DNA of 24,450 nt, taken from positions 1 to 24,450 of the IMG/VR virus record IMGVR_UViG_3300044724_001442, one strand, 5' to 3'. The stretch comes from a virus (lineage: Duplodnaviria > Caudoviricetes). The translations under genes and the position numbers were made by a program. Shown piece after piece: positions 1 to 8,900 of the stretch; the stretch's first letter is position 1; each line of letters opens with the position of its first letter. The notes under the pieces were generated by a model. The model had not been told where the DNA came from. It ran no database searches and was given only the letters and a program-made list of their open reading frames with translations.

Positions 1-226
1 TGCTTCTCTCTGCGTATGTTGGGTCTGCACCTTCTAATGCAACTGTTTGGGCAGCAGCAGCATTATCTACTGTTTGCCAAGTGAATTGCTTAGAGGTAAC
101 TGATTTTCCACCAGTCATACCACCAATTGCAGAAAGAAAAGGTGTATCGTTTGGAGTTACATTAAATAACTCACCCACATAATTAGGGAGGTCATAAGAG
201 TCTCCCAATCCTGATACTGCACCCAT
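1..226 (-). CDS. Major capsid protein, N-terminal part (DUF5309/SU10-like); runs off the window
   Basis: Manual translation from ATG 226: MGAVSGLGDSYDLPNYVGELFNVTPNDTPFLSAIGGMTGGKSVTSKQFTWQ. The LPNYVGELF..TP.DTPFLSAIGG motif is typical of this capsid family. AAGGAG RBS upstream; directly follows the scaffold-like gene. Confidence 0.85.
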   Translation of the reverse strand, partial: MGAVSGLGDSYDLPNYVGELFNVTPNDTPFLSAIGGMTGGKSVTSKQFTWQTVDNAAAAQTVALEGADPTYAERS

Positions 227-241
227 TTAAATCTTTCTCCT

Positions 242-703
242 TTACTTATCTTTTAATAGTGCTTTTAATTTGTCTGCTTTGAGAGCTGAACTTGTTTGCC
301 AATCACCATCAGCTTGTGCTTGTGCTATCTGGTCATCTAGTCCTACAGGTTCAACTGGAACTGATGCTTCAATAACAGTGTCTAAACTTTCTTGGCTAGA
401 TACAACCCTTGCTTTTTGTGCAGCTTGTGGGTCCTCTGTAGTAGGGGTTTCTGAGCCCCAGCCATAGTTTTCCTTTGCAAACTGTTGTACTGCATCTGGT
501 TGTAGTTCACCTTTATACAAGTCTTTTAACGCTTTGCCCTGTCCTGAGCTAGGGTCAAATCCTGCATCTTGAATAACTTTATCCATCTGCACAGATTTAA
601 ATTCCTTCTCAACAGCTTCAAGCTCTTTGATACGCTCACGCATCTGCTTGATAGCATTATTATCTTGTGTTTCTTCTACTGTATTTTCTACTTCGTTTTC
701 CAT
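242..703 (-). CDS. Capsid scaffolding protein (probable)
   Basis: 153 aa, acidic, N-terminal coiled coil (IKQMRERIKELEAVEKEF), short C-terminal helical hairpin, AGGAG RBS, immediately upstream of the capsid gene. Confidence 0.7.
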   Translation of the reverse strand: MENEVENTVEETQDNNAIKQMRERIKELEAVEKEFKSVQMDKVIQDAGFDPSSGQGKALKDLYKGELQPDAVQQFAKENYGWGSETPTTEDPQAAQKARVVSSQESLDTVIEASVPVEPVGLDDQIAQAQADGDWQTSSALKADKLKALLKDK

Positions 704-911
704 TTTTTCTCCTACTCCAAGTTTTACTACTAGCTACATCACCCTTGGGATAATGATGCGATAGGCGACAAATAAATAAATTAAGAATAACTAGAATTGT
801 CAGCCACTTCTGGGCTATTCAGATACTAGGCGAATTTTAATACTCAGTTTACACGCCAGATATAAACTGGAAGGTGCAGCATCTATTATAAGCCGAAACC
901 TGCAAGGCTAT
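704..911 (-). ncRNA. Structured 5' leader or ncRNA ahead of the scaffold-capsid operon
   Basis: About 200 nt with no long ORF between a promoter and the scaffold RBS. Stems at 891-894/906-909, 845-853/861-869 (G-U on minus strand), 802-805/813-816 and 737-758. Confidence 0.45.
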
Positions 912-917
912 ATAAAT

Positions 918-936
918 ATTATATCATCGTTTAAAC
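918..936 (-). promoter_or_regulatory. Extended -10 promoter (TGaTATAAT) with adjacent GTTTAAAC palindrome
   Basis: Minus strand reads GTTTAAACgaTGaTATAAT; TATAAT is 923-918 and the palindrome 929-936. Confidence 0.65.
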
Positions 937-949
937 AAATAGCTAGTAT

Positions 950-1774
950 TTATTCTTCAGTAATACCTGTGACTCTTCTGCCTCTTCTGACGGCACCTGT
1001 TACTGGAGAAAACCTTGATTCTTCTGATGCTTGCAATGTTCTGATTCTCTCTATAGATTCTGCATCACCAAAAACTGCAGCTTCAGTAAATTCTTCTAAA
1101 CCTATGGCTTCTGCTTCTGGTTGTACTCTTTGTGATAATTCTTGTAATCTTGGAACTTCTGCTTGTGCTGTTGTAAAAAATTCTCTAGCTTGTGCTTGTG
1201 TAAGACCTGCTCTCTTAAGTCTTTCAGCTTCACCTAATGTTATATCAAATCCTGCTCTAGCTGCTTCACCACCAATTTGTGCTGTAGTTATTTTACCTGC
1301 AACTATTTCTTCACCTATTGTTGGGTCTAATGCTCCCATAAATATTGCTTCAGGTGTTAAATCAATACCATAGTTATCAGAATAAAATGCTTGGACTTCT
1401 GGTAAGTTTTCTTGTATTCCTTGATATACTCCAGATATTCTTTGTTGAAACTCTCTTGCTGATACTTCGCCCTCTATTAAATTAATAAATCTATCTTCCA
1501 ATAAATCTAATGATGTAGCTCTAGGTATTCCGTATTCAGCTAATGTTCCTATGTATGATTCTTTTAAACCCTGATAGGTTACTTCGTCATAACGTACTTG
1601 ACCAGTAGGTGTTATGTTCCCAGGAAAATAATCTTTATATAAATTTGTTTGTCTAACTTCTGATATAGCAATATTTGGGTCACCAGTTTGAGACCATTGC
1701 TCTGCAAATAAATTTAATATTTCATCTGGCATATTAGGATATAATGTTTTTGCTAATTGTAAATATTGTTCCAT
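950..1774 (-). CDS. Putative internal virion/ejection protein
   Basis: 274 aa helical, acidic ORF translationally coupled (TAATG) to the 799 aa gene, between portal and scaffold. Function inferred from position only. Confidence 0.5.
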   Translation of the reverse strand: MEQYLQLAKTLYPNMPDEILNLFAEQWSQTGDPNIAISEVRQTNLYKDYFPGNITPTGQVRYDEVTYQGLKESYIGTLAEYGIPRATSLDLLEDRFINLIEGEVSAREFQQRISGVYQGIQENLPEVQAFYSDNYGIDLTPEAIFMGALDPTIGEEIVAGKITTAQIGGEAARAGFDITLGEAERLKRAGLTQAQAREFFTTAQAEVPRLQELSQRVQPEAEAIGLEEFTEAAVFGDAESIERIRTLQASEESRFSPVTGAVRRGRRVTGITEE

Positions 1775-4173
1775 TATCTATTAACTCCTAAATCTGCAAC
1801 TTGAGAACCTTGACCTAATGCTTTTTGTAATGCTTCAGTAGCTTCAATAGTTACTTGGTCAACATTTTGTTCTAGACCTTTGCTTCTCAGTGTAGCTGCA
1901 CCTTCTGTAAAGTTATTAGTTGCAACCATATCTTGCCACCAACTTTGTGTTTCGTCTGCAGATTTACCCCATACTGATGTAGTTAAGTTTCTCCAAGGTG
2001 TAGCAATATCGTTGTATGTTAACTCTGGATTTGTATATTGTGGGAATAAAGCAAGTCTATTATTTTTTAATTGTTCTATCAATGCTTGTTCAAAGTCAGG
2101 GTCGTTTCTAATTCTACCTGCTTTTTGTGCAACTTCCTGGTCTGTTAGTTTACCAAATACAGGACCAAGCCATTGTGTATAAAGTTGTCTTACTCTATCT
2201 TCTTGTTCTGCAGTTCTTTCTAATCCATCTACACCAGCAGTAGCAATGTAATTTCCTAACTCTACATCTCTGACTCCTGACCTAAATGGGTCTGCAAATA
2301 AAGCTAACTGTTCTGTTGTATAAGATTCTGTCCATTGACCACTAACCCATTTACTAGCAATCCATCCTGCTAGTGCATCTGGCACTGCTCTTTCCATACC
2401 TGTTTCAGGGTCAAAACCACCTGTAACTCCAGCAGCTTGTAGTGCTCTACTTACTTGTATCTTATAATCATTAACTGTATTTTGTGCTGTTGTTGGGTCT
2501 GCGTAATACAATCTCTGCCATTCTCTTTCTGACTCAGAATGTGTTTGATACCAATTAGTCATTCTCCATTCTGCTTCAGTAACTTCTCTTCCTTCTAATG
2601 CAGCTTCTGCTAATAATTTAACTGAATCTATATCTAATATCCAAGGTGCTATCTGTGCTTGTGTTGAAACATTTTCAACAAATGAAGTAAATGGATGTGG
2701 TGCTCTACCTGTTGTTGGGTCATTACCTGGCAAGTCTGCAGTATTACCACCATAAACAAATCCATCTATTTGCTCTTCAGTAAGCATCATATTAATTTCA
2801 TATGGAGCATCCTTTGTTAATATACCTGCTTCATATAAATCATTATCTTTTACTTCATAGAATATCCATATAGGTTTGCCTTGAAATAATGTATTTTGAC
2901 CAGGAACTTCATACATTAAATATAATTTATCTGCATCTGTTTGTACTAACAATGCACCTTCTGGAATATTATTAAACTGATTATATTTAGTTGACATTGA
3001 TTCGCCAACTCGTTGACCACTTTGTGAAGTTACTTTATCTGCTCCTGCATCTGCAGCAGATGTTCCAGCATCTGGTCCTTCTGTAATATCTACTGTGGTT
3101 AATGAGTAACCATTACCTAATGCTGTTTTTAAATCTGCATTACTGAATACTCTTTCACCACCTGCAGGTGCATCTTTTCTATAAATAGGAATACCTGATT
3201 TGTATTGTGAAGGAGTAAATCCATATTCATCAGTTTCTTCCTCTGTTTCTGTAACTACTATTGGTTCATCAGGAGCTGTTGTACTCCATCCGTCATCTAC
3301 AAAACTTTGTACTTGTCTAAAATCTACTTTTTTGCTTTCTCCATTTTTATATATAGTTACTAAATATGAATTTATTATTTCTTGTGCTTTTATTTCATCA
3401 GAACTTTGAGTAGTCCATCCATCATCTATAAATTTTTGTGCGTTTCTATAATCTACTTTTTTAGTTTGGTTACCTTTATATAAAGTAACTTGTGTAGAAT
3501 TAATATAATTTTTTACTTCTGTATTAATTTTATTTTCTGTATTTTTAGAAACTGTTAAATCTGCTGGTTCTGGTTGTATTTCATTTTCTGCTCTTATAAT
3601 TTGTGCTGCTGTCAATTTTCCATTTGCAAAATCTATCATTGCACTATCTTCAGTATCATATCCTAAGAACTCATACCAAGTATCAATACCAAATCCAGCT
3701 TCTCCTGGTTGTAGTGGACCTGATTCTATTTGTTCTATTTTTCCTGCTTTGCCATCTGATTCTGCTTTTCTAATATCTGATTCACTTATGTTATATGTTT
3801 TAGAAATAGAAAGAATTTGTGACGAAGTTAAATATATTCCATTATTTCTATTAATTCTTATTTGTTGTAACTTTTCTTCTTTAGAAGTATTTTTTAAATT
3901 ATTAAATTCTTCATCTGTATACTTTCTAGTTTGTGAAGCTCTGTCTTCTAATGTTTTTATTTGTGGAGTATCAATAACTTTTTCTACTGGCTTTTCTTCG
4001 CCCTTAGTAGTTGTAACAGTTTTTCTAGCTTCATCATAATAAGTTACATTTTTAGTTTTAAACTCTGGTAATTCAGAAGTTAATACCCATCCTTCTGCTT
4101 CATATACACGAACTAACTTCTCATCTACCATTGAGTAAGAACCACCAGGTGTACGCATTTGAACTAAAGCCAT
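1774..4173 (-). CDS. Large virion-associated protein with short internal repeats (putative internal virion protein)
   Basis: 799 aa, TAATG-coupled at both ends. Contains repeats VTLYKGNQTKKVDYRNAQKFIDDGWTT and VTIYKNGESKKVDFRQVQSFVDDGWST. Confidence 0.55.
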   Translation of the reverse strand: MALVQMRTPGGSYSMVDEKLVRVYEAEGWVLTSELPEFKTKNVTYYDEARKTVTTTKGEEKPVEKVIDTPQIKTLEDRASQTRKYTDEEFNNLKNTSKEEKLQQIRINRNNGIYLTSSQILSISKTYNISESDIRKAESDGKAGKIEQIESGPLQPGEAGFGIDTWYEFLGYDTEDSAMIDFANGKLTAAQIIRAENEIQPEPADLTVSKNTENKINTEVKNYINSTQVTLYKGNQTKKVDYRNAQKFIDDGWTTQSSDEIKAQEIINSYLVTIYKNGESKKVDFRQVQSFVDDGWSTTAPDEPIVVTETEEETDEYGFTPSQYKSGIPIYRKDAPAGGERVFSNADLKTALGNGYSLTTVDITEGPDAGTSAADAGADKVTSQSGQRVGESMSTKYNQFNNIPEGALLVQTDADKLYLMYEVPGQNTLFQGKPIWIFYEVKDNDLYEAGILTKDAPYEINMMLTEEQIDGFVYGGNTADLPGNDPTTGRAPHPFTSFVENVSTQAQIAPWILDIDSVKLLAEAALEGREVTEAEWRMTNWYQTHSESEREWQRLYYADPTTAQNTVNDYKIQVSRALQAAGVTGGFDPETGMERAVPDALAGWIASKWVSGQWTESYTTEQLALFADPFRSGVRDVELGNYIATAGVDGLERTAEQEDRVRQLYTQWLGPVFGKLTDQEVAQKAGRIRNDPDFEQALIEQLKNNRLALFPQYTNPELTYNDIATPWRNLTTSVWGKSADETQSWWQDMVATNNFTEGAATLRSKGLEQNVDQVTIEATEALQKALGQGSQVADLGVNR

Positions 4174-4877
4174 TACAACATATCCTTTGTATCTATATTT
4201 AATTCTGGTCTATCAGGAGTTAAAGCTGCTAATATTTCTGCACCATACTTTGCTATATCTTCATTAGCTGGTATTAACTCTCTATTTGTCTGAGTTATAT
4301 CACTAGAATTTAACTTCATTAATGATTCAGGTGGCATATCTATTATTTCTCCTGATGGATTATAGGCTGTTGTAAAAAACTTATCTTGATTTCTTTGTTG
4401 TGCGTATGCTTCCACAGATAGATTTGGTTGAGGTTTTTCTAATGAAACATTATATTGATTCATTACTTGATTTACATAGTCTCTTATATTTGGACCAAAA
4501 TCTTCCATATTACCTAAATCACCTACAGCATCTATTCCTTGATTCATTGCAATCTTTGCTTTACCAGGACCACCATACCAAGCAACAGCAACTAATTCCC
4601 AAGAACCAAAATCGTTATAATATTGTTGTAATTTATTTGCAGCCACTATATCTTGTATAACAGGTATCCTCCAATCTGCACCAGCGTAACCTGCTTCTTT
4701 GGACCATACATCCCAGTTAATATCAAGGATTCCATAAGCACCTAGTGCTTGTACTTGTTGTGTACCATTTGATGTTTGCGTAATTGTTGGTCTATGTTCT
4801 TTTAAATAATCGCCACCAGCATTTTCTTGCTTTCTTATAGCATCCATAAACGCAAATAATTCTTGATTCTCTACCAT
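4173..4877 (-). CDS. Virion-associated lytic transglycosylase (lysozyme-like fold)
   Basis: Catalytic-type IRKQENAGG, ALGAYGIL..NW..W, QD.VA..KL..YY..FGSW..VAVAWYGGPG and closing IRDYVNQVM motifs. Start moved to ATG 4877, next to the upstream stop. Confidence 0.8.
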   Translation of the reverse strand: MVENQELFAFMDAIRKQENAGGDYLKEHRPTITQTSNGTQQVQALGAYGILDINWDVWSKEAGYAGADWRIPVIQDIVAANKLQQYYNDFGSWELVAVAWYGGPGKAKIAMNQGIDAVGDLGNMEDFGPNIRDYVNQVMNQYNVSLEKPQPNLSVEAYAQQRNQDKFFTTAYNPSGEIIDMPPESLMKLNSSDITQTNRELIPANEDIAKYGAEILAALTPDRPELNIDTKDML

Positions 4878-4878
4878 A

Positions 4879-5907
4879 TTAAGCTGGACGCTGGTTAAGA
4901 GAACTGAGAATACTAGCCCTAGTAGCCCTACCACTATAGTTCTCTCCTAACCTATCCTTTTCCTTTACTACTAATTCGTCAAACGCAGTTTGTAATCCAG
5001 CTTGTGGGTCAATCTGTGTAAGACCTTCTGCTTCTATTTTAGCCTGTACATTTTCTGCTGCATAGTTACCATATTCACCAGCTAATAGTCCTGGTCCTGT
5101 TACTGTAGGTTTTTCCATTGCAGCCATTTTTAAATCTTCTGATTGTTGATATGCTTGTAACGCTTCACTATATAAAGTATTAGCTAATAATTTTAATTCA
5201 TATGGTTGTGGGTCTCTGTTTAAATCTCTACTAAACATTCCTTTTATACTTGTTGCTACACTATCAAAGTCAGGTGGTAAATATATTGATGCTTCTGGAT
5301 ACTCTGGTATAGGATTATCTACATATTCTTTAAGTGCTGCTTTCCAACCCTCGCCTGTATCTTTTTCTAACTCAGTAACACCTCTTCTGTTTACTCTAGC
5401 TAATACAGGTGCAAATGCTCTTTGAGTTTCAGCATCCCAATCACCTGCAATAAATGCAGCATCTTGTGGTAACAATCCTGCATTAATTAACTGTGCCTGA
5501 ATACCAGCAATCTCTTCTTCATCTTTACCTGCAAACCTGTTTACAAGTTCTGATTCTGTATAATAATCTGTTGCTGCTTCTCCTCTAGGACTTTGATATG
5601 TAGCAGGTACTCCTATTATTGTTTCTCCTGCTTGAAAGCTACCAAACTCTGACATTGCTTGTCCTAAAGATAAATCATATTCCCCTAAAGAATCTATAGA
5701 TTGTGTACCATCAGCAGCCCACTGCACTATATATTGTGGTACATCAAAAGCTAGTAAATAACTTTGCATAGTATCTACATCTTGTGCTTGATTTATTTGG
5801 TCAAATTGTTCTTGAGATAACTGAATCTTACCTTCACCAGTTGTAGTTTGACTATTGACATATCTAAGTACTTCGATAATTCTATTTAAAAATTCTGTAG
5901 TTTCCAT
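4879..5907 (-). CDS. Putative internal virion protein with a peptidoglycan-binding-like segment
   Basis: 342 aa. EIAGIQAQLINAGLL...GDWDAETQRAF resembles the PG_binding_1 pattern. Adjacent to the transglycosylase. Confidence 0.5.
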   Translation of the reverse strand: METTEFLNRIIEVLRYVNSQTTTGEGKIQLSQEQFDQINQAQDVDTMQSYLLAFDVPQYIVQWAADGTQSIDSLGEYDLSLGQAMSEFGSFQAGETIIGVPATYQSPRGEAATDYYTESELVNRFAGKDEEEIAGIQAQLINAGLLPQDAAFIAGDWDAETQRAFAPVLARVNRRGVTELEKDTGEGWKAALKEYVDNPIPEYPEASIYLPPDFDSVATSIKGMFSRDLNRDPQPYELKLLANTLYSEALQAYQQSEDLKMAAMEKPTVTGPGLLAGEYGNYAAENVQAKIEAEGLTQIDPQAGLQTAFDELVVKEKDRLGENYSGRATRASILSSLNQRPA

Positions 5908-8900
5908 TATTCGTTAAGTGCCTTTAACAATTCTATATCCTCGTACTCTTCTCTTAATTCTCTTTCAAATACATTCTCTAAAAGTGATTCTGCTTCTGGA
6001 TATTTTACCAATATAGCAGACTTAACTCTACGCAAATGTGCTCTGTATGGAGCTAACTTAGCTGAGTTTCTAAAAGATGTTGCTAGATAATTTTGTCCAG
6101 GCATCTTTGTAGTAACATCAATAACCTTATCTCTCTCCTTTACATATTCTAACAGTGCTTTTGCTACAGGTTCATTCTTTAATTCAGGAATTATTTGATA
6201 AGTAACAGGATTAAACCAAGTATATAATTCCATAATTATTTCATCTATTTCTGGTTTTTTAACAGAACCAGGTATAGCTAATCCATAACCAAAGTATCTT
6301 GATGCTAGTTCTGCTTTTTTATTTCTTTTAGCTTGTGTTGCTACTTTATCTGTTCTATTTACTAAATCATTTCTAATTAACCAAGCCTCAAACTCTAAGT
6401 TACCTTTAAGAATATTCTTAGCTCTTTGCCATTGTTCAGGTGTTCTAGGTACTCTTTCACCTTCTACTAACTGATTCCAATAAGCATCGTAAGAAAACTC
6501 TGCATCTGTTTCATCAATAAGATATCCGTAAGTTAAATCAAACTTCTTTACTAACTCTGGATTTTTTCTTTCCCAATCAGCACCATCTGCAGTTACAGGT
6601 CTTTTCTTAAGTGTCTCTGTTTTAGCTGTTGCTAATGTAATTGGGTCAAAACTATATTTATTTGTAAACTCTCTAAATGCTGTATCAATGTCAGGTGCAT
6701 TCTGTTCTATATTTCTCCACTCTTCTGCAAGAGTTTCAAATAAAAACCAATTACCACTTCTGTCAGATATTTCATATTTAGGTGTAACAATACCTGAAGG
6801 ACCTAAAAACTGTGATGCAGCTCTTATCATAAATATTTTTTGTGCATACTCTGCAGCAAGTTCTAATCCTTTTTGTGCTTCTGCTGGACTAGCATCACTA
6901 GCTAAATTTGCAAACAACAATGCTTTATATGTTTCAATAACAGTATTGTTAAACATTCTTTTTGTTTCATCACTGTTTTGCATAAATGCAGTTCCAAATT
7001 TTTTCATCCAACTTGGCAACGGTGCCAATGATGTTAACGCCTCTCCAATAGTTGCAGCTCTAGGAGGTGAAAAGTCACCAAAAAGTAAAAATTGTGCAAC
7101 ACCTTCTGGTTTAAATATTTCAAACTTACTGTTTAAATATGAAGCAGGAACTGTAATAGTAGGACCAAAACCAGGAATAACATTTGCTGCTAAGTTAATA
7201 GATTGCAAATATATAGGAAGATTAACCTTTACTCCATTTTCTTCTAAATCTCTAAACATCCATTTCTTTATTAAACCTTCAAATGGATATCCAAATAATT
7301 CTTGGTTTGTTAATGGGTCTCTGTAAAAGAATCCTTTGTTAGCTTCATCATCAAATACAGGATTTGGTTTTCTACCTGCTTGTACAAGTTGTTGTGCTCT
7401 TCTTAATGGTCTACCTCTTTCCTGTCCTATTATCTTTGCCCAAGTTGTAAATATTTCAACAAACGCTTCACCGAATGGAAACAATCCTCTAGTAGCTTGA
7501 CCTAATCTTGTCCTAGTTGTTACATCATATAACAAACCTTTTGTTTTATCTAACGCAAAAGATGCACCAATTTTATCTATAATTTCAATATCTTTAATAC
7601 CACCCTTATCACCTGTATAACTTTTTATTTTTTTATATGCTTTTTTTTCTACAGAACTACCTTTAGACAATCCAATATTATCTGCTTGTTTAATTATTTT
7701 TTTAAGAGTTGCAGGTGTTGCGTGTTGTGCTGCTTCAGCAACTTTAGTCCAGTAAAAAGATTTAAAAGCTGGAGACCTAGATAATTTATTTGTAGGCACT
7801 GTCATTAACAAATCATATAATTTATCTATTTGTGCATTAAATATTTGTATAGACCTAGATTTATCAAACAATTCTGCTTTTACAGTATCTGGTAATAAAT
7901 CTAAATATTTATTGAAAAAATCTTTTTTAACTGCATCTTGGTTTTTAGCTAACTGTTCAGTTATTTTGTTATACTCTATATCTTCTAATTGACCTTGCCA
8001 ATACTTTTTAAAATCTACTTTTTCTAAACCACTCATATCAATATCAGCAAATGGTTTACCATCAGCACCTGTCTTTCGAGATATAAATTCTAGTAATTCA
8101 TCCTTACCTGTTTCTTTTATCCAACGAGATGATGCTGCTGTAGCTCCTGCTTTAGTTGTTGTTTCCACAACACCACCAGCAACTTGTGCTACATTAGCAT
8201 TTACATAATTTATAAACTCATCAGCTAATGCTTTACCTTTTGCTGATGCTCTACCTGCACCGTGAAACATATGGTCTTTAGCACCTGTAATTTTTCTTAT
8301 GTGATTATTTAATTGACTACCTTGTGTATTAGCTTTTTTCTTTAAAGCTCTCATTGCATTATTACGAGCAGAACCTTGAAGTCTTTGTATAGCAGCTAAC
8401 TCTTTTGACATTGGGTCAAAGTATGCTTGCATTACATTTCTAAATGCAGCTTCTTTCCAAGCTGTCAAGTTTGTACCTTTGTTTAATGTTGACCAGGTAC
8501 CAGAACCTGCATATCTTCTCCTTATAGAAGATAGTGTTCCTACTGTATCTGACATAGCTTGCATATGATAAGCATTATTTTGAAATGAGTTAATTAATCC
8601 TACTTGTACATCAGGTGGTTTATTGAAAGCTCTTGTTATAAAATCTATCGGGTGTCTTACAACATTTGTTACTCCTGATGACAATAACCTTACTTGCTCT
8701 TCAGCAATAACTCTCAATGTCCAAGCTGGTCTTAACAATACCAGTGGTTTAAAGAATCCACCATAATACCAATCCATTGCTCTACGAATAGTATCAGGAC
8801 CTTGTTGTGCTAAAAACTTTGTACCTGCTGCACCTAACCTAGAATCTAATGCTTTAGCTGCTCTAGCCAATTGTGCAGGGTTAGGTAAATATATTTCATT

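Noticed and set aside
4878-4934. Hydrophobic N-terminal extension (signal peptide) on the transglycosylase
   Set aside because: It overlaps the upstream gene; ATG 4877 next to the upstream stop fits the coupling pattern of the operon.
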